From NCBI GenBank assembly GCA_016788565.1, contig JAEUSP010000097.1, positions 6,262 to 70,261 on the forward strand: a DNA stretch of 64,000 nucleotides, written 5' to 3'. Every line of letters begins with the position of its first letter. The first letter of the stretch is position 1. This document shows positions 1 to 8,770 of the stretch, in pieces. This DNA comes from Chlorobiota bacterium (GTDB lineage: Bacteria; Bacteroidota; Ignavibacteria; OLB7). A program made the translations under genes and the position numbers. The notes below the pieces were generated by a model, which did not search any database, was not told where the DNA came from, and saw nothing but the letters and a program-made list of their open reading frames with translations.

Positions 1-2643
1 AGCCGGATTAGCCTGGCCATTGCCCCAAGCGATACCAACCGGGTCTATGCGCTCTTTTCCTTGTACGGCGGGCAGGATGGGAATAATCTTGCGAACATCT
101 ACATGAGCAGAGATGGAGGGAACTCGTGGATGTTAGCGGGCAAATTCGACGAACGGTTTTTCCGGAATCAGGGCTACTACAACAACTGCATCAAGGTTCA
201 CCCCACAAATCCTGACGTTGTGATTGCTGGCGGAATTGACCTGTACCGGACGGAAAATGCGGGGGGGGAGTGGATAAACCTGACGAACTACTACACGGCG
301 TATCCGTCGTTCGATGTCACCCACCCCGACCAGCACGCCATTGCCTTCGACCCAACCTATCCAGAGGTTGTTCACAACGGCAACGACGGCGGATATTACC
401 GCAGCGATGATCTGGGGAACAACTGGCAGCGAGCAGCAAATTTGCCAATCACTCAGTTCTACAAAATGGATGTTGACCAAACGCGCCCCTACCGCGCGTT
501 TGGCGGATCCCAGGATAACGGAACGCACGGAACCTTCAGCGGAAAAACGGAGTTCAGCAACCAGTGGAAACCGATGTCGGGAGGGGATGGCTTCTGGGCA
601 GTGGTGGATCTGAATATCCCCGACCAGGTATTCACCGAATCGCAGAATGGGGAGGCAATTTACCTGTTTAACACCCGAACCTCATCTGGCCGCCGGATAA
701 ACACCACCCCTCTGGATAGCGACCCCGGCGATTGGTCCACCCCAATGGCAATGAACCCCGCCGATTACACCACGTTCTACAGTGCCCGCTCCCGGCTGTG
801 GCGCACCACTAACTACGGCGCATCGTGGGGAAGTAACTCGGTGCCGGGGGGGCGTGCTTCAACAATGGCGGTTTCGCCCCACGATGGCATCTCGATTCTG
901 GTGGGGAAAGGGAGCGGCGGCGTGTATTACTCCAACGACGACGGCCAATCTTGGAAACGCTCGCAAGGCTTGCCCAATGCGTATGTCACCGATTTGGTGT
1001 ATGATTTCGCGGTGGAGCATCGTGTCTATGCCACCTTCAGCGGCTACGGCCGCCGCCACGTCTATCGCTCCGATGATGACGGAGCCAACTTTGTGGATAT
1101 CACCAGTAACCTTCCCAGTATTCCTGTCAATGCCATTGAGGTTGATCCCAGCAACAAGGATCACCTGTTTGTTGGCACCGATGTTGGCGTGTTCGTTTCG
1201 CTGGATGGCGGTGGAACGTGGTATCCGTTTAGCGAAGGCCTTCCGGTCACGCTGGTGTTCGACCTAAAAATTCACCGCGATTCCCACACGCTTATCGCGG
1301 CCACTTTTGGCCGCTCGATGTTCCAAATCAACATTGATAACCCGCAGTTGCAACCGATTCTGGTTACTCCATCTGGCGGTGAAGTGATCGAGACTCCCAA
1401 CAAACTCACTGTTTCGTGGCTTGGTTTCAGCAAGGCGGTTCAGGTTCTGATTAGCTACAACGGTGGCCAAACTTGGAACACCGTGGCCGACGATGTTTCC
1501 GGAAATTCGGCAACGGTTGATCTGCCATTGGTGCGCGCAACCAACGCAAAAGTGAAAGTGATTGAGAAGGAGAGTGGAAGATCAGTGGAGTCGCTTTTCT
1601 TCACGCTGACCGCTGCGGCCAACACACAATCGCTGAACCAGCGTGGGTTTGTGGCCACGGCCTTGACCATCCGCAACGGCTACTTGTGGGCGGCTTCGCG
1701 CGGAAGCGACACTCTGTACCGGATGAAGCTCCCCTCAATCTTGACAAAAACACCGATTGTGCGAACGGGCTTTAGTGGTGAAATTCGCGACCTGACGTGG
1801 GATTCGGCTACCGATCAATTCTACGCGCTGGTTTCCGATGCTGATTTCAGCAACCCGCAAGTGTGGCGGATGGACACCACTGGCGCGGCTGCGGGGAGTA
1901 TCACCCTACCAGCAGAAGCTACCTTCATCAGCGGCATCGAAATGACCCCCGAAGGTTTGGCATTGATAACTCCGGGAGCGCAAGCGCAGTTGTTTGTGGT
2001 GGATCCCACCACCAGCGCGGTGATTGCCCAGCGCGGCCCGCTGAAAGGGGCAGTTGGGGAAGACCGCCGCTCGCTGACGTGGGATCGCCAGGGCTTGGTG
2101 CAGGGGATACCGGAGGCTGTGCCGGGGGATGACTTCGCCACGCAGCTTCAGCAGATGCGGAGCGTGAACCCGTTTGCAGTGACGAATATCACCCCGGTGA
2201 TTTCAAGCAGTGTAGCCGAACTTCAATTCGTTGGGCTTACCTACGATCCCGGCAACAGCGATGCCACAAAACGGATTTTTTATGCCAGCGATGTTACCGG
2301 GGCAATCCACCGGATCACCCTTCCGCAAGCTATTGTCACCGGGGTCAGTGTTGGCGAATCGGCGACAGCGGGGAGTTCTTCCATATCTATCCAGTACGTC
2401 ATCCCCAATCCCGTCCGCAACCAGGCACAGGTGAGTTTCCGGTTAGCTCATCCCGGACCAATTTCGGTGGGCCTGTGGAACGCACAAGGTGAACGTGTGG
2501 CACTGCTGTTTGAAGGTTCCCTAGAAGCGGGCCAGCGGGAGCTAACGGTAAGCACGCAATCGTTGGCTGGTGGCTTGTACTATGTAGCGATTACTAATCC
2601 GCAAGGGGAGCGAGGGGTGTGGCCGGTGGTGGTAATCCCCTAA
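1..2643 (+). CDS. Secreted BNR/Asp-box repeat (sortilin/VPS10-like beta-propeller) protein with a T9SS C-terminal sorting domain. The 5' end lies outside the window.
   Basis: The frame is open from nt 1; the listed ORF 61..2643 begins at an internal TTG. Repeated S-x-D-x-G-x-x-W Asp-box motifs are present (SRDGGNSW, SDDLGNNW, SNDDGQSW, SLDGGGTW, SYNGGQTW). The last ~80 aa (IPNPVRNQAQVSF...GLYYVAITNPQGERGVWPVVVIP) look like a type-A T9SS sorting domain. Confidence 0.8.
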   Translation, partial: SRISLAIAPSDTNRVYALFSLYGGQDGNNLANIYMSRDGGNSWMLAGKFDERFFRNQGYYNNCIKVHPTNPDVVIAGGIDLYRTENAGGEWINLTNYYTAYPSFDVTHPDQHAIAFDPTYPEVVHNGNDGGYYRSDDLGNNWQRAANLPITQFYKMDVDQTRPYRAFGGSQDNGTHGTFSGKTEFSNQWKPMSGGDGFWAVVDLNIPDQVFTESQNGEAIYLFNTRTSSGRRINTTPLDSDPGDWSTPMAMNPADYTTFYSARSRLWRTTNYGASWGSNSVPGGRASTMAVSPHDGISILVGKGSGGVYYSNDDGQSWKRSQGLPNAYVTDLVYDFAVEHRVYATFSGYGRRHVYRSDDDGANFVDITSNLPSIPVNAIEVDPSNKDHLFVGTDVGVFVSLDGGGTWYPFSEGLPVTLVFDLKIHRDSHTLIAATFGRSMFQINIDNPQLQPILVTPSGGEVIETPNKLTVSWLGFSKAVQVLISYNGGQTWNTVADDVSGNSATVDLPLVRATNAKVKVIEKESGRSVESLFFTLTAAANTQSLNQRGFVATALTIRNGYLWAASRGSDTLYRMKLPSILTKTPIVRTGFSGEIRDLTWDSATDQFYALVSDADFSNPQVWRMDTTGAAAGSITLPAEATFISGIEMTPEGLALITPGAQAQLFVVDPTTSAVIAQRGPLKGAVGEDRRSLTWDRQGLVQGIPEAVPGDDFATQLQQMRSVNPFAVTNITPVISSSVAELQFVGLTYDPGNSDATKRIFYASDVTGAIHRITLPQAIVTGVSVGESATAGSSSISIQYVIPNPVRNQAQVSFRLAHPGPISVGLWNAQGERVALLFEGSLEAGQRELTVSTQSLAGGLYYVAITNPQGERGVWPVVVIP

Positions 2644-2758
2644 CTATCAGGATTTTCAGGATTTGAGGATTAGGAGGATGGGGGAAATCGGAGGATGGGG
2701 GGGGGAATCGGAGGATGCAAGAAATAGGAGAGTGAAAAGAAATAGGAGAGTGAAAGAG

Positions 2759-3178
2759 ATGGGAGAAAATGAGATAGAGAAGGATGAGTTGACGTACAGC
2801 ATCATCGGTTGCGCGATGAAGGTTCATAACACTTTGGGCAATGGCTTTCAGGAGGTCATTTATCAGCGATGTTTAGCAATTGAGATGAATAGAGCAGGGA
2901 TATCGTTTGGAAGGGAAGTGGATCAGAAGATTTTTTATGATGGGATTATGGTTGGAACACGAAGAGCAGATTTTGTGGTGGAAAATAGAGTAATCGTTGA
3001 ATTGAAGGCGGTGATTTCTTTGGAGGATGTCCATCTTGCGCAAGCAAAAAACTATGTGGTAGCTTATGATTATAAAAAAGGATTGCTCATCAATTTCGGA
3101 GCAACAAGCCTGCAATACAAACTCGTTTTTAACCCCAAGTATTATCCAAATTTCAATTCAAAAAGAGTTCTGAAATAG
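2759..3178 (+). CDS. GxxExxY family protein (PD-(D/E)XK nuclease-like fold)
   Basis: LTYSIIGCAMKVHNTLGNGFQEVIYQRCL...RADFVVENRVIVELKAV...AQAKNYV fits the GxxExxY family pattern. The ATG at 2759 is preceded by AGGAG. The longer listed ORF from 2663 runs through purine-rich direct repeats and is probably not translated. The region is visibly more AT-rich than its neighbours. Confidence 0.8.
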   Translation: MGENEIEKDELTYSIIGCAMKVHNTLGNGFQEVIYQRCLAIEMNRAGISFGREVDQKIFYDGIMVGTRRADFVVENRVIVELKAVISLEDVHLAQAKNYVVAYDYKKGLLINFGATSLQYKLVFNPKYYPNFNSKRVLK

Positions 3179-3269
3179 ACTTTTGGGCATAGCGGAGCCT
3201 TGTAGTTACCGGCCTCGTGACCACAAAAAATTTATTTAGGAATAATTCTATTACTTATGGTTGTTCCCT

Positions 3270-3620
3270 CTAATCCTGCCAATCCAAAAAACGACCACTT
3301 CGGTCTCTGAATAACACTTCGAACAAGAATCTCACCAATCCTGCAAATTCAAAAAACCAGCAATCCTAATCGTTGCTGCATTTTCTCCATCGTCAAAAAA
3401 CAACACTTTGGACTCTGAATACCTCTTCGAACAAGAACTTTACTAATCCTACAAATTCAAAAATCCAACAATCCTAATCGTTGCTGCATTTCCTCCATTG
3501 TCAAAAAACAACACTTTGGACTCTGAATACTTCTTCGAACAAGAACTTTACTAATCCTGCAAATTCAAAAATCCAACAATCCTGATCGTTGCCGCATTTG
3601 CTTCATCGTCAATTTCGGAT
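3270..3620. repeat. Tandem repeat with a ~108-bp unit and about 3.5 copies; the last copy overlaps the 3' end of rpe
   Basis: Units lie at 3334-3441, 3442-3549 and 3550-~3620 (consensus actaatcctRcaaattcaaaaatccaacaatcctRatcgttgcYgcattt...). An internally deleted copy lies at 3270-3333. All were read directly from the sequence. Confidence 0.85.
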
Positions 3621-4248
3621 CAGCAGTCCCAAAAATTCCAGACCCGCTCACCACAACATCAACGCCCGATTCAAACACCGCACGGATATTCTCCAGCTTA
3701 ATCCCACCATCGGCCTCAACCAAGCAATCTTCATGCCCACAATCGGCAAGCATTTGGCGCACGCGGGCTGCACGCCGGAACAGCGTTGGGATAAATGCTT
3801 GCCCCCCAAACCCAGGCTCCACCGACATCAACAACACAAGGTCAACGTAGGGGAGAATATCCTCCAGCGTGCTGAGTGAGGTTGCCGGATTCAGCGTTAC
3901 ACCAGGCCGGCAACCAAGCTGGCGGATCCGGTCAATCGTCCGGTGAAGATGAAGCGCGGCCTCCACATGTACCGTGATAAACGTTGCCCCGGCCCGCGCA
4001 AAATCTTCCAAGTAGCGGTCGGGATCGCTAATCATCAAGTGGCAATCCAGCGGAAGCTCCGTCACCTTCCGCAACGCCTCCACCACCGGCGGGCCAATGG
4101 TGATATTCGGCACAAAATGGCCATCCATCACATCCACGTGAAGGAAGTCGGCACCGGCATCTTCCAGCATCCGAACGTCATCGCCTAACTGCATGAAGTT
4201 GGCCGAAAGAAGGGAGGGGGCAAGATAGAGTTTGCGCTCTGTGGGCAT
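3565..4248 (-). CDS. rpe: Ribulose-phosphate 3-epimerase
   Basis: 227 aa. LAPSLLSANFMQLGDDVRMLEDAGADFLHVDVMDGHFVPNITIGPPVV and later GFGGQAFIP and VDGGI are hallmark Rpe motifs. Confidence 0.95.
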   Translation of the reverse strand: MPTERKLYLAPSLLSANFMQLGDDVRMLEDAGADFLHVDVMDGHFVPNITIGPPVVEALRKVTELPLDCHLMISDPDRYLEDFARAGATFITVHVEAALHLHRTIDRIRQLGCRPGVTLNPATSLSTLEDILPYVDLVLLMSVEPGFGGQAFIPTLFRRAARVRQMLADCGHEDCLVEADGGIKLENIRAVFESGVDVVVSGSGIFGTADPKLTMKQMRQRSGLLDF

Positions 4249-4308
4249 TGTGATTGTTGGCTATTGTGGATTATTACTGGCTATTGTTGGCGTTGGTTGA
4301 TTCTTGGA

Positions 4309-6900
4309 TTATTCTGCTTCAGGAAATTCGATCTCGTCCCCACTTTCATCGGGAAATTCTGTGACATCCGCGACAAACGAAGTTGCTGATTCACGCCCAC
4401 CGTACTGCCGCAGACTATCGGCAAGCTCGGCAAGGCGACGTTGCACAAAATAGTTGATTGTTCCGGCGGGATAATTTCCCCGATTATTTGGCTCCCCAGC
4501 AGCAACCCCTGTCAGAATTTCAATCCCCTGATCAATAGTGGTAACGGGGTAGATATGAAATTTCCCGGCGGCAACGGCTTCCACCACTTCATCACGCAGC
4601 ATTAATTCCGGGATATTTTGCACCGGAATTAACGCCCCTTGATTTCCCGTTAATCCACGCGCTTTGCAGACCTCGTAAAAACCCTCCACTTTTTCCTTCA
4701 CCCCGCCAATCGGTTGGATTTCTCCCCACTGATTTACCGATCCCGTCACCGCAAAATCCTGCCGAATGGGAATGCCACTTAGTGCTGAAAGGAGAGCGTA
4801 GATTTCGGTGGAGGATGCGCTGTCGCCATCAACGCCGCCGTAGGATTGCTCGAAGACGATGTGAGCGGTGATGGAAAGGGGGCGATTCTGCGCAAAGCGA
4901 TGACGCAAAAATCCGGCAATAATCAGCATCCCCTTGTTGTGAAGGCTGCCGCTCATCCGCGCTTCGCGCTCGATATTAATAATTCCTTGCCCCCCCACGG
5001 CCACGGTTGCGGTAATTCTGCTCGGCTTCCCGAAACTGATCTGCCCAACAGAATACACCGCAAGCCCGTTAATTTGGCCAACTTTTTTCCCGTCGGTATC
5101 AATCAGCAGCGAGCCATCCAGCATTCGCTCCATGATTTTTTCTTTCCACATGGATTGCCGCTCCACCATCTGCCGGATTGCTTTTTCAACATGGTAGCGG
5201 CCAACAATTTCGGCGGTGTCCCGTTCGGCCCAAAAACTTGATTCGCGCAGAAGGTCGGCAATGTCGCTAAATCGAAGGGAAATTTTTCGCATATCCCCGG
5301 CTTTTTCCACCGCATACTCCACCACCGCAGCAACGCCGTCGGGATCGAAATGGAGTAAATTTTCTTCGTCGGAAAGTTTGCGGATAAATCGGGCGTACTC
5401 AATCAGGACGGAGTCGGTGCGGGCGATTTCGTAATCGAACTCGGCACTGATTTTGAAGATTTTTCGGAAATCTTCCTCCATCGAAAACAGTGCTTGGTAC
5501 AACCGTGGGTCGCCAATCATAATCACTTTCACGTTCAGGTCAATGGCTTGCGGTTTCATGGCCACCCCTTGCGTGCTGGATTGCACAAAACTTTCAAACG
5601 ACTGAATTTCCAATTTCCGGTGAAGCAGCACCCGCTTCAAGGCTTTCCAGACTCCTGGCTCGCTAAGCGCGTCGGCGGCATTGATAATTAAATATCCACC
5701 ATCAGCTTTCAGAATTGCCCCCGCTTTTATCATCATAAAATCACTGACCCAAAACCCTTGCGGCGTTGGAACCCGTTCGATGGTTCCAAATAAATTAATG
5801 TAGGTGGGGGTGGTTTCGATGATAACCGGCGCGCCAGTGATGCCGGCGTTGTCCAGCACCACATTCACTTGGTAGCTGCGGAATGCTGCGCTATCGCCGA
5901 TTGTTGGCTCCGATTCTTCCTCACCCTCTTCCTGCTGGGTGGCGGCTGCCACTGGTTGTTGTTTGAACAGGTCAAGGTTGCCTAACATGTCGTTTCCAGC
6001 TTCCTCAAGGTAGGCAATTACCGCCTCGAAAGGGAATCGTGTTGCCACGTCGTCGAAGGTGGCCTCGATCAGCAATTTTGCCGATGCCCCCTCGAAGTCG
6101 GTTAGCTCTTGCTGAAATTCTTGCGAGAGCGTCATTCCGTTGCGAGCCAGCTGGTACAGGTCGCGGTGGCGGCGGGTGTAATTTTCGCCGATTGTTCGGG
6201 CTTGCTCAACGGTGATGGTATTTTCTTTTATCAGCTGATCCAGCGCGGCAATCGGGTAGGCTTTGCCATTAATCACCGGAAGGATTTCTGGCTGCACCGA
6301 TCCGTTGCCGGCCTTCACTTGCCCCAGCGTGAAGCCATCGGGGCGCAGGCCTTCCTCGAACGAACGAAGCAACTGCTGCTCGCGCTGCTGAAATTCTTCA
6401 ATGATTTTTGTACGCCCGGTGCGGAACGTTTCTTCTTCAAACATTTTTGGGATTTGGCTGCACAGGAAGTTGATGGCATCCCCCATTGCACGCGCAAACG
6501 GGGCAGCTTTCCCTTTCGGAAATTTCAGCAGAGTTGGCTGGTCGGGGTCGTGGAAATTATTGACGTAGGCGTAATCGTGGGGAATTTGGCCGTTCGGGGT
6601 GATTGTTTCCAGAATGCTTTTGATAGTGGTCAGCCGTCCGGTTCCGCTAAGGCCGCTCACAAAAATGTTGTAGCCTGGGCTGGCGATTTCCGCGCCCATC
6701 GTCAGCGCGTCCAGTGCGCGTTGTTGGCCAATAATTCCGGCCAGCGGATCAACATGGGCGGTGCTGGGGAAGGGGAACGCAGTGGAGTCGGCATACCACC
6801 GAAGCGATTGTACCGGAAGCGAAGAATGCGCCGGAGCAGGGATCAATTGTGCCGATTTTGAGCGGACAGATTGCGTGGCAGAAGGCTGAGTTCGTTTCAT
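4309..6900 (-). CDS. Lon-like protease with an AAA-like domain, a long helical insertion and degenerate Walker motifs (LonC-like)
   Basis: The C-terminal Lon proteolytic domain has a Ser-Lys dyad context (GGVDGDSASSTE ... IGGVKEKVEGF). The N-terminal P-loop-like motif is GLSGTGRLT, with Arg in place of the Walker A Lys. The Walker B position reads GGYLIINAAD, with no DE pair. Confidence 0.8.
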   Translation of the reverse strand: MKRTQPSATQSVRSKSAQLIPAPAHSSLPVQSLRWYADSTAFPFPSTAHVDPLAGIIGQQRALDALTMGAEIASPGYNIFVSGLSGTGRLTTIKSILETITPNGQIPHDYAYVNNFHDPDQPTLLKFPKGKAAPFARAMGDAINFLCSQIPKMFEEETFRTGRTKIIEEFQQREQQLLRSFEEGLRPDGFTLGQVKAGNGSVQPEILPVINGKAYPIAALDQLIKENTITVEQARTIGENYTRRHRDLYQLARNGMTLSQEFQQELTDFEGASAKLLIEATFDDVATRFPFEAVIAYLEEAGNDMLGNLDLFKQQPVAAATQQEEGEEESEPTIGDSAAFRSYQVNVVLDNAGITGAPVIIETTPTYINLFGTIERVPTPQGFWVSDFMMIKAGAILKADGGYLIINAADALSEPGVWKALKRVLLHRKLEIQSFESFVQSSTQGVAMKPQAIDLNVKVIMIGDPRLYQALFSMEEDFRKIFKISAEFDYEIARTDSVLIEYARFIRKLSDEENLLHFDPDGVAAVVEYAVEKAGDMRKISLRFSDIADLLRESSFWAERDTAEIVGRYHVEKAIRQMVERQSMWKEKIMERMLDGSLLIDTDGKKVGQINGLAVYSVGQISFGKPSRITATVAVGGQGIINIEREARMSGSLHNKGMLIIAGFLRHRFAQNRPLSITAHIVFEQSYGGVDGDSASSTEIYALLSALSGIPIRQDFAVTGSVNQWGEIQPIGGVKEKVEGFYEVCKARGLTGNQGALIPVQNIPELMLRDEVVEAVAAGKFHIYPVTTIDQGIEILTGVAAGEPNNRGNYPAGTINYFVQRRLAELADSLRQYGGRESATSFVADVTEFPDESGDEIEFPEAE

Positions 6901-6960
6901 GCTGGGCTGCTGAATGATGTGAGCGGCGAAGATAGGGAATCCACAGGATACAGTATCTGA

Positions 6961-6992
6961 TTGGTTCGCGTAGGTGGTTTCTCCTACTTTTG
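6961..6992 (+). promoter_or_regulatory. Candidate FCB/Bacteroidetes-type sigma-A promoter for glyQS (TTG-N21-TACTTTTG)
   Basis: TTG at 6961-6963 and TACTTTTG at 6985-6992, about 55 nt upstream of the glyQS ATG. This matches the -33 TTG / -7 TAnnTTTG consensus known for Bacteroidetes. Confidence 0.4.
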
Positions 6993-7047
6993 CGGAAGTT
7001 CATTGTGCCCAACCAGCACACTGTGTTGATCTGAGCGAATTATCCTT

Positions 7048-8472
7048 ATGGCAACAACTTCACAAACCAACGTTACTCTAGACACCATCGTCTCGCTGGC
7101 AAAACGCCGCGGCTTCATCTTTCAATCATCGGAAATCTACGGCGGGCTGAACGGCTGCTGGGATTACGGGCCGCTTGGTGTGGAACTGCTTCGCAACATC
7201 AAAGAATCATGGTGGCGCGCCATGACCTACCGCGACGACATCGAAGGGATTGACGCTGCTATCCTGATGCACCCGCGTGTCTGGGAAGCCAGCGGCCACG
7301 TGCAAAGCTTCAGCGACCCGATGATTGACAACAAAATCTCCAAAAAACGCTACCGTGCCGACCACCTGATTGAAGGGGAAATCGAGAAACTGCGGAAAAA
7401 AGGGCGCACCGAACAGGCCGACGCGCTGGAAGCAAAACTGAACGCAGCTTCCGACCCAGCGGAGTTCTACCAGATCATCATCGAGCATCAAATCCAAGAC
7501 CCAGAAACCGGGCAGGCGGAGTGGACCGAGGTGCGGCAGTTCAACCTGATGTTCAAAACCTACATCGGCCCGCTGGAGGAAAGCTCTTCGGCCGTCTATC
7601 TGCGCCCGGAAACTGCGCAGGGGATTTTCGTGAACTTCACCAACGTGCTGCAATCTTCCCGCCAAAAAGTCCCGTTCGGCATTGCCCAGATTGGCAAATC
7701 GTTCCGCAACGAGATCAACACCAAGAATTTCCTGTTCCGCACACGCGAGTTCGAGCAGATGGAGATGCAGTTCTTTGTGAAGCCAGGGGAGGATGCCAAG
7801 TGGTACGACTACTGGCGCGAGCAACGCTGGAACTGGTTCCGTGATTTGGGGATGCAGATGGAGCGCCTGCGGATGAAGCCTCACGAAAAATTAGCCCACT
7901 ACGCCCGCGCCGCTGTGGATATCGAGTATCAATTCCCGTTTGGATGGGGTGAGCTGGAGGGAATCCACAACCGAAGCGATTTCGATTTGGGGCGGCATAC
8001 CGAGTATTCCGGCAAAAAATTGGAGTATTTCGACCAAGTGGCCAACGAACGCTACACTCCGTTCGTGATTGAAACCGCTGTTGGAGCCTCACGCTCCACC
8101 ATGGCCTTCTTGTGTGATGCCTACGCCGAGGAGGAGGTCAAGGGGGAAAAGCGGAACGTTCTGCGGTTTCATCCAAAGTTGGCTCCGTACAAAGTGGCGG
8201 TGTTCCCTTTAGTTAATAAGGACGGAATGCCGGAATTCGCCACGAAGCTTCATGGCGATCTTCAACGTTCCTTCAAGGCCTTTTACGACGACTCCGGCGC
8301 GGTTGGCCGCCGCTACCGCCGCCAGGATGAAATCGGAACCCCCTTCTGCGTCACCATTGACGGCCAAACGCTGGAAGACGGAACCGTCACCGTTCGCGAC
8401 CGCGACACCATGCAGCAGGAACGAATCCCAGCCGAAGGAGTGGGGGGGTATGTTGGGCAGCGGATAGCATAA
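7048..8472 (+). CDS. glyQS: Glycine--tRNA ligase (homodimeric class II type)
   Basis: 474 aa. The N-terminus is SLAKRRGFIFQSSEIYGGLNGCWDYGPLGVELLRNIK. Class II core motifs and a C-terminal anticodon-binding region (KVAVFPL...) are present. Confidence 0.95.
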   Translation: MATTSQTNVTLDTIVSLAKRRGFIFQSSEIYGGLNGCWDYGPLGVELLRNIKESWWRAMTYRDDIEGIDAAILMHPRVWEASGHVQSFSDPMIDNKISKKRYRADHLIEGEIEKLRKKGRTEQADALEAKLNAASDPAEFYQIIIEHQIQDPETGQAEWTEVRQFNLMFKTYIGPLEESSSAVYLRPETAQGIFVNFTNVLQSSRQKVPFGIAQIGKSFRNEINTKNFLFRTREFEQMEMQFFVKPGEDAKWYDYWREQRWNWFRDLGMQMERLRMKPHEKLAHYARAAVDIEYQFPFGWGELEGIHNRSDFDLGRHTEYSGKKLEYFDQVANERYTPFVIETAVGASRSTMAFLCDAYAEEEVKGEKRNVLRFHPKLAPYKVAVFPLVNKDGMPEFATKLHGDLQRSFKAFYDDSGAVGRRYRRQDEIGTPFCVTIDGQTLEDGTVTVRDRDTMQQERIPAEGVGGYVGQRIA

Positions 8473-8511
8473 CCGGGCGATCCAACCAAAGCAGATCGTG
8501 TTTCAGCAATC

Positions 8512-8556
8512 GGGTCAAACCCTACCAATCGCGGGGTTTGGCCCTTGTTGTTAGTT
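8512..8556 (+). terminator. Probable intrinsic terminator of glyQS
   Basis: GGGTCAAACCC (8512-8522) pairs with GGGTTTGGCCC (8534-8544) in an ~11-bp stem. It is followed by TTGTTGTTAGTT, about 40 nt after the stop codon. Confidence 0.55.
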
Positions 8557-8770
8557 GGAATGGGGGCGATGAGGAAGGCAAGTGAACAACGGAAACCCTC
8601 ATGAATAATCCCAGAAGTGCAGAAAAAAATGCCTTGACAGGGACGAAAAAAGGGGGAAGAAGAGATTTTTTTTTTGAAAAAAGATTAGAGAATGAGAAAA
8701 ATTTGCTTGCATTGTCTTCGGAATCCCGTATTATTGCCCCCCAACTTCCAATACACTAATTCAGCAAAGC

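Noticed and set aside
6109-6861. 250-aa ORF antisense to the Lon-like protease. Similar antisense ORFs lie at 7207..7884, 21613..22476, 26658..27470, 45854..46579 and 47526..48287.
   Set aside because: All are embedded in well-supported genes on the other strand and have compositionally biased translations with no motifs.
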